A program made the translations under genes and the position numbers. This document shows positions 51,010 through 64,000 of a stretch of DNA of 64,000 bases, in pieces. Under the pieces are notes generated by a model that saw only the letters and a list, made by a program, of their open reading frames with translations, was not told the DNA's origin and searched no databases. The DNA lies in NCBI GenBank assembly GCA_002269645.1, contig NIVC01001596.1, positions 59,910 to 123,909 on the forward strand, given 5' to 3'. How positions within the stretch are numbered: the stretch's first letter is position 1; each line of letters starts with the position of its first letter. This stretch comes from Macrostomum lignano (Eukaryota).

Positions 51010-52224
51010 GAATCACCTAGCAGTTTCTTATATAAGGTCGAAACAGACAAACAAGTTGCTAATTGGCTCAAAGCAGTCACGTGACAACTTTTTCAACCAA
51101 TAGTAGTGTTCCACTAAAAAGGGAAATCAGATGAGAACGCTAGATTTTGTAAGATTTGAAGAATTCGAATACTATACAAGTGAATGATGAACATCGAGGC
51201 TACAAAACCTATCCGTTTAGTAGATCAACAAAAAAGAGGAAAAAAGCATTGCAACGGAACGGCAGTTAAACTGAAGTACAAACTGCAGCATACACGCATA
51301 TATCAAGCACTAAACAGCCAGACTGCATAAATGTAACTTCAAACTAGAAATAATCGTAAACAGTACAATCATTACAAACAGATATTAGATGGAAAATTAC
51401 AAAGGCTATTAAAAAAGGGACATTGGACCCGAAAACGGAGAGTTAACGATTTACATTAAGGCAACAATATCCACTCGTAGATACAATTGATATGCTCAAT
51501 TTTTGCTAATTATTAAAAAGCCCGAACGCATTAGCGCTTGATTATTAATAAAAAATCGCTCGATCAAAGACGCGACGTGCATTAAGTAATCAGCCAAATA
51601 ATTTCAATAGGTAGTCAAATGCCTTTGTTAAACATTTTTATAATAGAAAAAAGACAATTTTTTAAAAGTGCACAAAACGCAAAATAAATAGATATGGCAC
51701 CCAAAGTATTATTTTCAAAAAATAAGGAATGAACAAAGTTGAAGAATCAACCGCATGCTTATAACAAAATAGACTTATCTTATTTCAACGAGAACTATTT
51801 CGGAAATAGACAGATAGACTTTCTAGGCTAATATAAAATTGCGATATGTACGAGTTTTATTATGATTAGATAAAATGATTTGCTAAGCAAAATTGGCGTT
51901 GTTGATCAAAATAACCATTAAAGCTACAAAGATATTGAGGCTACTAAGGAACTGTTTTGCATATAAGGTCAGAATTTATTGAGGCACAAGGCATGCACTA
52001 ATTTGAATAGAATTGATTCACAATTCTCACATTTTTAACAGTTGTCACCGAGTAGAGCTTCACGATATGCGCTTATTACAAACAGAAACTCATCATAGTT
52101 TGCGATGGCGATGTTGCACTCGTTATGAGATGGGTAATCCCAGGAGACTAAATATAGAATCAAAAGAATCCAGAGTATCAGTATAAACCTCGGAATATTA
52201 TAGAAAAGAACTTAAAAAAGGAAT

Positions 52225-52935
52225 CATCAGAACTACAGAAGGAAATCCCCAGGAAACTACAGAAGGCAATCCCCAGGAAACTACAGAAGGGAATCCCCAG
52301 AAAACTACAGAAGGGAATTCCCAGAAAATTACAGAAGGAAATCCCCAGGAAACTACAGAAGGGAATACCCAGGAAACTACAGAAGGAAATCCCCTGGAAA
52401 CTACAGAAGGGAATCCCCAGAAAACTACAGAAGGGAATTCCCAGAAAACTACAGAAGGCAATCCCCAGGAAACTACAGAAGGGAATCCCCAGAAAACTAC
52501 AGAAGGGAATTCCCAGAAAACTACAGAAGGAAATCCCCAGGAAACTACAGAAGAGAATACCCAGGAAACTACAAAATGGAATCCCTAAGAAACTACAATA
52601 GCGAATACCCAGAAAACCACAGAAGGGAATCCCCAGAAAACTACAAAAGGGAATTCCCCGTAAACTACAAAAGGGATCTCCCAAGAAACTACAAAAGGGA
52701 TTACCTAAGAAGCTAATAAAAAAGGGATTACCTAAGAAGCTAATAAAAAAGGGATTACCTAAGAAGCTAATAAAAAAGGGATTACCTAAGAAGCTAATAA
52801 AAAAGGGATTACCTAAGAAGCTTAAAAAGGTATTACCCAAGAAACTAAAAAAGGGATTACCTAAGAAGCTTAAAAAGGTATTACCCAAGAAACTAAAAAA
52901 GGGATTCCCCAGAAAACTTCCAAAGAGAGTCCCAA
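52225..52935. repeat. 24-bp GGAAACTACAGAAGGGAATCCCCA array with AT-richer diverged block
   Basis: Direct inspection. Confidence 0.92.
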
Positions 52936-53347
52936 AGAAACTAAAGAAGGAAATCCCGTAGAAAAACAATAGAGAATCCTGCAAAGGTATGAAACTAAAA
53001 ATAGTATCTATATAAACTATTAAAAGTGTAGCATAGAGACACCTATGCATAGACTGTTAAGCTAACTACAATTGTAAAGCAAATAAAACTACACTAGTAG
53101 TATATCAATTCGCTACGAGGCGATACTTTATACATGAAAGGCCATAAATACATTCGCAAGTACGATCAGAACACGGAATTTGCCAGCAAATATTAAAATT
53201 GATTTGTTATTAGCAAAGTCAGAATCAACCGAGGGCAAAGCAAATCGCTGGCTGTTGAGGCACAATTGCGGAGGGCGTGTTAACTTTACAAAGCCACTTT
53301 ACAAAATTATATAGTCTGCAGTATCCACAGGACAGACAGCCGCAGGG

Positions 53348-53715
53348 TTACACGGTGGCATCCGACACCAGTCGACCAGCGCCGGCAGTCTTCCCAATAT
53401 GTTGTCGGTGGTCCGAGTCGTCTACTAAATCGACATCGACATCGTCAGGCGAGGACGGCCTCGGATCTGGCAGCCGGTCCGACGATTGACTATTACTAAG
53501 ACGTCCCGAGTTCGAATCCAACAGATCGGCTTCCGCTTTGCGCAGTCGATCGTCCACGAGTTCTCGCTCATGCCGGAGATGTTCGAGATTGCTCTGCGAT
53601 TCGCGGCTGAGTCGTTCGACAGTTAGGCTGAGCTGTTCGACGTCTTGAAGGAGACGGTCGTGTTGCTGCTGCTGCTGCTTGTCTGAAAGTTCCGGTTCGA
53701 CTCCGTCTGTCAGGT
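53348..53715 (-). CDS. ARHGAP21: RhoGAP terminal exon with predicted coiled coil
   Basis: catttcag| phase 1 matches the GAP exon; RLLQDVEQLSLTVERLSRESQSNLEHLRHERELVDDRLRKAEADL; ends SDATV TAA. Confidence 0.85.
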
Positions 53716-56700
53716 CTGAAATGGAATATTGATATCAGCAAGGGATTTTGGCTTGAAATTTTATTCAGCACACCTATAGACTCTCAATTGAGCACTCCCA
53801 TAGACTCTCAATTGAGCACTCCCATAGATTCTCAATTGAGCACACCCATAGATTCTCAATTGAGCACTCCCATATACTCTCAATTGAGCACACCATAGAC
53901 TCTCAATTGAGCACACCCATAGACTCTCAATTGAGCACTTCCATAGATTCTCAATTGAGCACACCTATAGACTCTCAATTGAGTACACCCAAAGACTCTC
54001 AATTGAGCACTCCCATAGACTCTCAACTGAGTACACCCAAAGACTCTCAACTGAGTACACCCAAAGACTCTCAATTGAGCACGCCCATAGACTTTCAATT
54101 GAGCACACCCATAGACTCTCAATTGAGCACACCCATAGACTCTTAATTGAGCACTCCCATAGACTTTCAATTGAGTACACCCATAGACTCTCAATTGAGC
54201 ACACCCATAGACTCTCAATTGAGCACACCCATAGATACTCAATTGAGCACACCCATAGACTCTCAATTGAGCACACCCATAGACTCTTAATTGAGCACTC
54301 CCATAGACTCTCAATTGAGTACACCCATAGACTCTCAATTGAGCACACCCATAGAATCTCAATTGAGCACTCCCATAGATACTCAATTGAGCACTCCCAT
54401 TAGATTGTAATTTAGTTCCCCTCACCCTTCTCAGCATCAGTCGCATCCGTAGCCTCATCCGTAGTCTCAGTCGCAGTCAGCTCTTCTCTCGACGTAGCCG
54501 CCGTTTCAGCCGATTCCGCAGCCAGGCGCCGATCAATCTCAGCGTCGATGTCTCTCTCGCGATACTGCGGCTGAGCTGCGGCAGCTCTAGATGGTGGTGA
54601 GCCATCATCGTCACCAGCAGCCGCTGCCACAGCCTTCGCCTCTGTCATCAATTCGTGCACAACCTCCCTTACCCGACGTCGATCAGCCTCAGGATCGGGT
54701 GGTTGCTGCTGCTGAGGATTCGCTGTATCGGTATCGGTAGGATTAGCAGACGCTTCATCTTCAGCCTCCGACAGTTGAGGCACGCACTGATCGGCAATTT
54801 CCCAATCGGTGAAGAGCCAGTCTCTGAACTGTATAATAGACTTAGTGAGTTTAATGAGCAGAGCTGAATGCATCAGCATATTCTCTTGGGTGCGCTGGCC
54901 AAACAGAGACGGAGCGAACACCATGGCTAGGTTATAAAACTGCATACGATTGTAGGCGCTATACTGGCTAACTAAGCCAAGGTGATTAACCAGGTATTGC
55001 AAGGTAAGCCGGTGACACCTGTGCTGCGGATGGTCAGTGTGCTCTTCCATAACGCCTAAGAGTCTGTGCAGCTTCAACATTCGATTCCGGTGATCGGATA
55101 GTTTCTGTGTAACGATGAATTCGTTATAATAGATAGCCGGTATCAGAGGATCGGGCAGTTGCAATAGGAACCGCTTGAGCACGCTAGCAACAACATTGTA
55201 TTCAAGCCACAGTTCACAGTTGGGATTCAGATCTTGCACAGGCTTGGACAGTTCAGCTTCTAGAGCTTCGATATTGCGAGAATTGCCGCTAATCCTGTAG
55301 ATCCCTTCGCGTCTGATTGCGCCGCACTCGATGACCCGGCAGCACAGTTGCACTATTAAGGGGACACCGTTAGATCCCTTTGGGCAGCGGTGTAGCGGTA
55401 GGCCGAAACTGCCCGACGCTACCGCTGACACCGCGGGAGGCTCCGGTGATCGGGGCGGATTGTACACCAGGTGCAACGGCTGCTGCTGCTGTTGCTGCTT
55501 GGCGTCTTTGGCTCGCCAGAGTCTGTCGCCGAAATTTTTAAACAATTTCAAGCCGCTCTGCTTTGGCGAATTGCCCGATGCATCGTCCAGACTGCCGGCG
55601 GTTGCCGCCGAGTGGAGCAGCATGAATTGCTGCTGCTGCTGCTGCTGCTGCTGGAGAGCTGGCGAACCTTGGGAAAATTGTGCAGCCTCTCCTAGAAGAT
55701 GTTAAATGGTTACGAATAACTTATTAAGATGTTAAATGTTAAATGGACACGAATAACTTGGGATTCAACCGCTCTTAAGACCGCTACCCTCCCTGATCCT
55801 TCAGTGCATGCCGCTAGACTCCCTGATCCTTCAGTGCATGCCGCTAGACTCCCTGATCCTTCAGTACATGCGGCTACCCTCCCTGATCCTTCAGTGCATG
55901 CCGCTACCCTCCCTGATGCTTCAGTGCATGCCGCTACCCTCCCTGATGCTTCAGTGCATGCCGCTACCCTCCCTGATGCTTCAGTGCATGCCGCTACCCT
56001 CCCTGATCCTTCAGTGCATGCCGCTAGACTCCCTGATCCTTCAGTGCATGCCGCTAGACTGCCTGATCCTTCAGTACATGCCGCTAGACTCCCTGATCCT
56101 TCAGTGCATGCCGCTAGCCTCCCTGATCCTTCAGTACATGCGGCTAGACTCCCTGATCCTTCAGTGCATGCCGCTACCCTCCCTGATGCTTCAGTGCATG
56201 CCGCTACCCTCCCTGATGCTTCAGTGCATGCCGCTACCCTCCCTGATCCTTCAGTGCATGCCGCTACCCTCCCTGATGCTTCAGTGCATGCCGCTAGCCT
56301 CCCTGATCCTTCAGTGTATGCCGCTAGACTCCCTGATCCTTCAGTGCATGCCGCTACCCTCCCTGATCCTTCAGTGCATGCCGCTAGACTCCCTGATGCT
56401 TCAGTGCATGCCGCTACCCTCCCTGATGCTTCAGTGCATGCCGCTACCCTCCCTGATGCTTCAGTGCATGCCGCTAGACTCTCTGATGCTTCAGTGCATG
56501 CCGCTACCCTCCCTGATGCTTCAGTGCATGCCGCTAGACTCTCTGATGCTTCAGTGCATGCCGCTACCCTCCCTGATCCTTCAGTGCATGCCGCTAGACT
56601 CCCTGATGCTTCAGTGCATGCCGCTACCCTCCCTGATGCTTCAGTGCATGCCGCTACCCTCCCTGATGCTTCAGTGCATGCCGCTACCCTCCCTGATGCT

Positions 56701-58139
56701 TCAGTGCATGCCGCTACACTCCCTGATCCTTCAGTGCATGCCTCTCCGTCTCTGACCCCTCAGTGCATGCCTAAAATAACCTGCAAGACTATAATAAAAG
56801 CTCCAATCAGAATTGATTTTACCTGTAAAGACTTCAAGCAACGATCGTCATCATCGTGCCGAAATGTCACCTGCCAATCAACGGTGCCTAATCGCAATTT
56901 TTTCCTCTTATAGCTGATTAGAGAATCGCGACCAACAGCTATGGTGAATTGCTGTTGCTGCTGCTGATACAGCTGCTGCGGACTGCTGTTATCTTTGCTT
57001 GCAACACTACCAGCAACTGGCAGTATGGTCAAAGAGGAAGAGCTGTCAACACGAAGATTTGCGTCAAACGTGCAGGGCAGTTGAGAGGCGGCGACCTGTT
57101 TTTTTATTATAAAGGCAAAAGCAAAATGCGATTGGATAAAGCGTGTTCACTGAAAATGTAAAAAAATTAATCCTGATAACTTTATTTTTGTCAACACTAC
57201 TACTAGTAGTCAATAAATCAAATTGCCTAATTTTTCTATTCGGCAGTCCTGAAAGAAATAATGTTCGTTTAAACATTGAGTAAAAGGCAGGAGTAAAAAT
57301 ATATTCGAATCTTATTATACAATGCCTCGTCATCTTATTAGTTTTTTTAGATATTTTGCGAAGCTTTGGTATGGATAAATAGATAAACCCAACTACTTCA
57401 AGTAGCAAAGAAAGGAACAAAAACCTCACCTTGCCCTCGGGGCACCGTTCAATAGTGATATTGAACACCGCATTGATGTCCTGCTGTTTGTCATCAACTG
57501 AAGGCGGCGGCGGAGGCGAAGACATGCCTAACCGACTGTCCAGACCTTCAACAGATTGAGCTCGCCTTTCGTTGCTAGAGAACACTTTCTGTTGCTGTTC
57601 CATTTGCTGTCTCTGCTCTCCAGCTTTTAGAAGAGCATTCTTGACAACGGGCGTCTGCAGATTTGAAGGCGATGTTAAACAGATTTTTCTTTGAAAAAAC
57701 TTAATTTTACAAAACCTGCCGTACGTATTAAATATGAATCCGTTCAATACGTAAATTACACTTTACAGTAACAAGTTCAAATACAGATATACAGTTTAAT
57801 AAACCTAGTTGCAGATAGACAGCTTGCACTAGTTATTGGACACAGTTTAAAAGCTCCATCGCTCTATCTAAAATTTGTCCTGATAGTACTTTGAAGCTCA
57901 GTGCTGATCACCCCCCGAGTTTCGATTCGTTCAACGCATCAAATTATTGCCGAAGTAGTACCAAGGATAGCAAAAGCTGCTTAGAATAGCAAAAAGCTGC
58001 TGCGAAATCTTCAGTTAAAACTAAACAGGCTTGAAAGACGGATGCGACAGTTATTAGTGGATAGGTAGATGAGGTAGTGCAGTGTGTATATAGATATCAA
58101 CGGATATATAAAGATAAATAAGATGGGCAGATAGAAAGT

Positions 58140-58203
<64 letters not shown>

Positions 58204-58224
58204 CAGACAGATAAATAGATAGAT

Positions 58225-58258
<34 letters not shown>

Positions 58259-58324
58259 ATAGATAGATAGATAGATAGATAGACAGACAGAGAGACAGAC
58301 AGACAGACAGACAGATAGACAGAC

Positions 58325-58355
<31 letters not shown>

Positions 58356-58399
58356 TAAAAGAAAGATAGACAGACAGAGAGACAGACAGACAGACAGAT

Positions 58400-58454
<55 letters not shown>

Positions 58455-58455
58455 C

Positions 58456-58506
<51 letters not shown>

Positions 58507-58563
58507 GAGACAGATAAATAGATAGATAGACAAACAGACAGACAGAAAGACAGATAGACAGAC

Positions 58564-58598
<35 letters not shown>

Positions 58599-58691
58599 TA
58601 GAAAGAAAGATAGCCAGACAGAGAGACAGACAGACAGACAGACAGATAGAAAGAAAGATAGACAGACAGAGAGACAGACAGACAGACAGAT

Positions 58692-58738
<47 letters not shown>

Positions 58739-58767
58739 CAGATAGATAGATAGATAGATAGATAGAC

Positions 58768-58810
<43 letters not shown>

Positions 58811-58827
58811 TAGATAGACAGACAGAC

Positions 58828-58868
<41 letters not shown>

Positions 58869-58913
58869 TAGACAGACAGACAGATAGAAAGAAAGATAGA
58901 TAGACAGATAGAT

Positions 58914-58944
<31 letters not shown>

Positions 58945-58959
58945 CATATAGTCAAATAT

Positions 58960-59016
<57 letters not shown>

Positions 59017-59035
59017 CAGATAGACAGATAGATAG

Positions 59036-59066
<31 letters not shown>

Positions 59067-62000
59067 GAAAGAAAGACAGACAGATAGGCAGGTAGTTAGG
59101 CAGATAACAGACATATGCATCCAGCATCTAAAAGCTAAAAGCTATTGCATAAGCTACGCAACTTGCCGCATTTGCTATCGCTCGCGCAGTTTTAATGGAG
59201 CTGCGTGCATGCTGCAAAAAACCAGACTGGTCGCCTAATTGATAAACCATCTGATAACAATCAGATAGTTTCTGCACTACTAATACTTTCAGTAGATAAT
59301 AAGTGAAAGCGGCATGCGCCATTTGAATTAAAATCAAAACAAGAGAATCTGGTTGCAATTTATTGTTATAAGTTATTTGAATGCATTAATTATTAATCAG
59401 CAACTGTTTCACGGATAAAGTCAGCATATAATGATCAATATTTTTGATCATTTTCTAAAACAAACCTGATCCGCAGCGGCCCCATCAATGGCGTCAACGT
59501 TTGACGTTGTAGGGAATGACGAAAATTTACTAAATTTAGTGTTAGATTTCTGCAACAGCCTACTAACAGTAGACGGCGTTTGTAGAAAATTTGTTGTCAA
59601 TTTTTCCGATATGAAGAGGCCGTTCTGCCGAACTATAGTCACCGACTGGGGCTTTAAAGAGTTGAGTTTGAGGGGATTTTGGGTCGGTTGTTATGGGCAA
59701 GAATTAGATAGATGGTAATGCAAAATGCAAAGAGGAATAAGTTATAATCCATAAGTCTAATGAACAGCACCCTACATAAGCTAGAAATTTTAAAAGCTCG
59801 AATTTTCGAATACTGACCTCGGCAGCTTTGAGCTAGCGAAAGTGACCAATACGATTTTAAGACCATGCAAAATTCCAAGCCCGTAAAAACCAACCCTCAA
59901 ATTACTATACAACACGTAAAATTTTATATAACTAATGAAGAAAAAGACAAAAAACCTACCGATTCTCCCAGCACATTTTTTAATTTTTGCACTTTCGGCG
60001 TAGATGCAATACTGTGCTGTTGCTGTCCGTGCTGATAATACTGTCTGTAATGCTGCTGTTGCTGATGCGGCTGCTTTTTCATTGGTAGCGATTGGCGGCC
60101 ACTTCTTGTGAATTGCTTCTGCGGCTCTGGCCGGCTTGGCCGCTGTAAAAGATGGGTTAGGATTAAAATGATGGATGGGGATCACAATGACGGATGGGGA
60201 TCACACTGATGGATGAGGATCACAATGATGGATGAGGATCACAATGACGGATGGGGATCACAATGATGGATTTGGATCACACTGATGGATTTGGATCACA
60301 GTGATAGATGAGGATCACACTGATGGATGGGGATCACAATGATGGATGGGGATCACAAAAGATGGATGGGGATCACAATGATGGATGGGGATCACAATGA
60401 TGGATGAGATCACTGATGGCTGGGTTCACACCAGGATGGGGATGGATGGATGGGGATCACAATGATGGATGGGGATCACGATGATGGATGGGGATCACAA
60501 TGATGGATGGGGATCACAATGATGGATGGGGATCACGATGATGGATGGGGATCACAATGATGGATGGGATCAATGATGGATGGGGTTCACACTGAAGGAT
60601 GAGGATCACAATGACAGATGGGGTTCACACTGATGTATGGGGATCACAATGACAGATGAAGATCACAATGATGGATGGGATCACACTGAAGGATGGGATC
60701 ACACTGAAGGATGGGATCACACTAAAGAATGGGATCACACTGAGGGATGGGATCACACTGAAGGATGAGGATCACAATGAAGATGGGATCACAATGAAAG
60801 ATGGGATCACACTGAAGGATGAGGATCACAATGACAAATGGGGTTCACACTGATGTATGGGGATCACAATGATAGATGGAGATCACAATGATGGATGGAT
60901 CCTACTGAAGGATGGGATCACACTGAAGGATGGGATCACACTGAAGGATGGGATCACACTGAGGGATGGGATCACACTGCATGATGGGATCACACTGAGG
61001 GATAGGATCACACTGAAGGATGGGATCACACTGAAGGATGGGATCACACTGAGGGATGGGATCACACTGAAGGATGGGATCACACTGAAGGATGGGATCA
61101 CACTGAAGGATGGGATCACACTGAGGATAGGATCACACTGAGTGATGGGATCACACTGAGGGATGGGATCACAATGAAAGGTGGGATCACACTGAAGGAT
61201 GAGGATCACACTAAAGAATGAGATCACACTGATGTATGGGATCACAATGATAGATGGAGATCACAATGATGGATGGAATCCTACTGAAGGATGGGATCAC
61301 ACTGAAGGATGGGATCACACTGAAGGATGGGATCACACTGAGGGATGGGATCACACTGAATGATGGGATCACACTGAAGGATGGGATCACACTGAGGGAT
61401 GGGATCACACTGAAGGATGGGATCACACTGAGGATGGGATCACAATGAAAGATGGGATCACACTGAAGGATGAGGATCACACTAAAGAATGAGATCACAC
61501 TGATGTATGGGGATCACAATGATAGATGGAGATCACAATGATGGATGGAATCCACTGAAGGATGGGATCACACTGAAGGATGGGATCACACTGAAGGATG
61601 GGATCACACTGAGGGATGGGATCACACTGAAGATGGGATCACACTGAAGGATGGGATCACACTGAGGATGGGATCACACTGAAGGATGGGATCACACTGA
61701 GGATGGGATCACACTGAAGGATGGGATCACACTGAAGGATGGATCACACTGAAGGATGGGATCACACTGAGGATGGATCACACTGAGTGATGGGATCACA
61801 CTGAGGGATAGGATCACACTGAGTGATGGGATCACACTAAAGAATGGGATCACACTGAAGGATGGATCACACTGAAGGATGGGATCACACTGAGGGAGGA
61901 TCACACTGAGTGATGGGATCACACTGAGGGATAGGATCACACTGAGTGATGGGATCACACTAAAGAATGGGATCACACTGAGGATGGGATCACACAGGTT

Positions 62001-63270
62001 AAAGCTCACCGGACGTCGACGCCGAAGTCGCAACAACGGCGCCCTCCGCTTCAGCGTCGCCGTCCTCATCGTCATCGTCAATGTCGCCGGGACCGCAGAT
62101 TGGTGCAGCTGGCGTCGCCTGTAACGGGAGTCGAAGATTTCGACAGAGACCTCCTAGGCTGAGTGGCGTAGATGCCGCCACCGCTGCTGCTAGACTGCGG
62201 CAGCTGCCTCTGCTGCTTCTGATGTCGTCGTTGTCGTTCAGTAGTTGGCGATCCAGACGCCAGCACGTCGACATGGGATCCTCGTCGAACTCTCTTATGT
62301 ACATCGGCGAAGAGATTGGCGACCGTGCGGCCAGTTGGAGCGAGCGCGAACTGCCGGAGATTCGAGCGGCGCTTAACAGATCCGGACTGCTGGCGTTGGT
62401 GCTGGTGAGCACAGGCGAGTAGCCACGCTTGAGCACCACCTTGGCGAGGGCGTTGCCAGGGCGGCGCGGTCGGGCGTGTACGCCGGCCTTTCCGGATGAT
62501 CCGCGGGCCGGCTTCGTCACCTTCCGCGGCGTCAACCTCGGCGGAGATCGGGTTGTCTTCGACACTGTCGGTCTGCAGTAATTTTTTTAATTTCAAGATG
62601 TACTTTAATAGACTGCTAGGCAGGTATTCTTCGATGTAATGGCAGCTGCGCTCGATTAAAAATCTACACGGTGAGTGCTCAATTGAGAATCTATGAGATG
62701 TGCTCAAAATGAGAATATATGAGAGTGCTCAATTGAGAGTCTATGGGAGTGCTCAATCGAGAGTATATGAGAGTGCTCAATGAGAATCTATGAGAGTGCT
62801 CAATTGAGAATCTATGAGAGTGCTCATTGAGAATGTATGGGAGTGCTCAATTGAGAATCTATGGAGTGCTCAATTGAGAATCTTTGAGAGTGCTTAATTA
62901 TGAATCTAATGGGAGTGCCTCATTGAGAATCCATGAGAGTGCTCAATTGAAAATCTATGAGTGCTCAATTGAGAATAAATGAGAGTGCTATGGAAGAATC
63001 AATGGGAGAACGACAATAAATCGCAGAGCCATGGCATAGCCTACCTGACCGTCGTCGACATATTCAACAGAAACTGGGAGTGTTGCTAGCCGCAGCTGAA
63101 CCTCTGCGGCGCGAGTGCTTACTTCTACGAGCTGTCGATGAGGCCGAAATCGAACCAGACGACGCCATGTCGTAGCAGGATCTGCTCATCGCCAAGGAGC
63201 CGGTTGAGGAGCTGGAAATGCCAACCCCAGCACTGCCGTTGGCTGGCAACGCTATCGAAATCTGTTGGTC
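53348..63270 (-). CDS. ARHGAP21: ARHGAP21/23-like RhoGAP (divergent PH + RhoGAP + coiled coil), 5' end outside window
   Basis: Exons ~63270-63045/63123, 62572-62010, 60142-59960, 59645-59466, 57654-57430, 57095-56823, ~55691-54426, 53715-53348. GAP domain FGLPLHRCP...VPLIVQLCC...GIYRISG (Arg finger)...NLAMVFAPSL...DWLF. Two junctions are phase-unresolved. Confidence 0.75.
53768..54402. repeat. 24-bp array with palindromic core CTCAATTGAG
   Basis: CTCAATTGAGCACACCCATAGACT. Confidence 0.95.
54426..55691 (-). CDS. ARHGAP21: RhoGAP-domain exon
   Basis: Open frame with complete RhoGAP domain; donor g|gtgagg at 54426; exact acceptor uncertain. Confidence 0.93.
55782..56772. repeat. 30-bp CTTCAGTGCATGCCGCTACCCTCCCTGAT(C/G) array
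   Basis: Period 30. Confidence 0.97.
56823..57095 (-). CDS. ARHGAP21: RhoGAP gene exon, second half of degenerate PH domain
   Basis: 273 nt, phase 0-0; ISYKRKKLRLGTVDWQVTFRHDDDD resembles ARHGAP21 [30 protein letters not shown]. Confidence 0.75.
57430..57654 (-). CDS. ARHGAP21: RhoGAP gene exon
   Basis: 225 nt, phase 0-0; ctgcag| and aag|gtgagg. Confidence 0.75.
58135..59100. repeat. (GATA)n/(GACA)n compound microsatellite
   Basis: Direct inspection. Confidence 0.97.
59466..59645 (-). CDS. RhoGAP gene exon (probable)
   Basis: 180 nt, phase 0-0; ccccag| and cag|gtttgt; open frame. Confidence 0.55.
59960..60142 (-). CDS. RhoGAP gene exon (Gln-rich frame probable)
   Basis: ttttacag| and |gtaggt; 183 nt; two frames are open. 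Confidence 0.65.
60168..61995. repeat. 18-20-bp GATGGGATCACACTGAAG array
   Basis: Fills the whole intron. Confidence 0.96.
62010..62572 (-). CDS. RhoGAP gene upstream exon
   Basis: actgcag| and |gtgagc; one frame open throughout, including acidic DIDDDDEDGDAEAE. Confidence 0.65.
62670..63005. repeat. ~24-bp CTCAATTGAG-family array, inverted relative to 53768-54402
   Basis: GAGTGCTCAATTGAGAATCTATGA. Confidence 0.9.
63045..63270 (-). CDS. Probable upstream exon of RhoGAP gene, frame and donor uncertain
   Basis: GC-rich, Ser-rich open frame after ctgacag|; candidate donors at 63123 (|gtaagc) and 63045 (cag|gtaggc). Confidence 0.4.
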
Positions 63271-63484
63271 CTGTCAGCAGTGTGAAAGCGATGCTGCCCT
63301 GGCTGCAATGGTTGAGGAATTGCGACGAATTCGAAATTAGATTGGGACGTGCTTTGTGAATAATTACCATGCGATAATGACGAATCGTGTTTTAGTAGTG
63401 AGAATTTTTAGAGATTGGCGCCTGCTCTTTATGGGACTTACATCTGTCTGTCTGACTGTTTGCCTGCCTGCCTACCTACTATCT

Positions 63485-64000
<516 letters not shown>

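Noticed and set aside
53348-53362. RhoGAP C-terminus DATV as a class I PDZ motif
   Set aside because: The -2 residue is Ala, not Ser/Thr.

Overview
Eukaryotic (metazoan) genomic DNA with GT-AG introns, GC-rich exons, poly-Q tracts and a very high load of intronic mini/microsatellites. The style is consistent with a free-living flatworm such as Macrostomum; that is an inference, not verified. I reconstructed five spliced gene models by hand. (1) + strand Kirre/IrreC/NEPH-type adhesion protein with 5 Ig domains, a TM helix and a C-terminal SEV PDZ motif; its signal-peptide exon was not found in the window. (2) + strand complete SLC6 monoamine (DAT/NET-type) transporter, 643 aa, with several unusual substitutions at normally invariant positions. 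(3) - strand Rab27. (4) - strand unrecognised ~197-aa gene with a probable GC-AG intron. (5) - strand ARHGAP21/23-like RhoGAP, 5' end outside the window. Genes 5-4-3 lie head-to-tail and may form a polycistronic, trans-spliced unit. Mobile DNA comprises a Foldback/MULE-like element with a 9-bp TSD, a hAT-like MITE with an 8-bp TSD, a decayed Tc1/IS630-like element and a tRNA-derived CORE-SINE. Almost every long ORF in the supplied track is an artefact of tandem repeats. All protein identifications are by motif recall and manual alignment; no database search was run.
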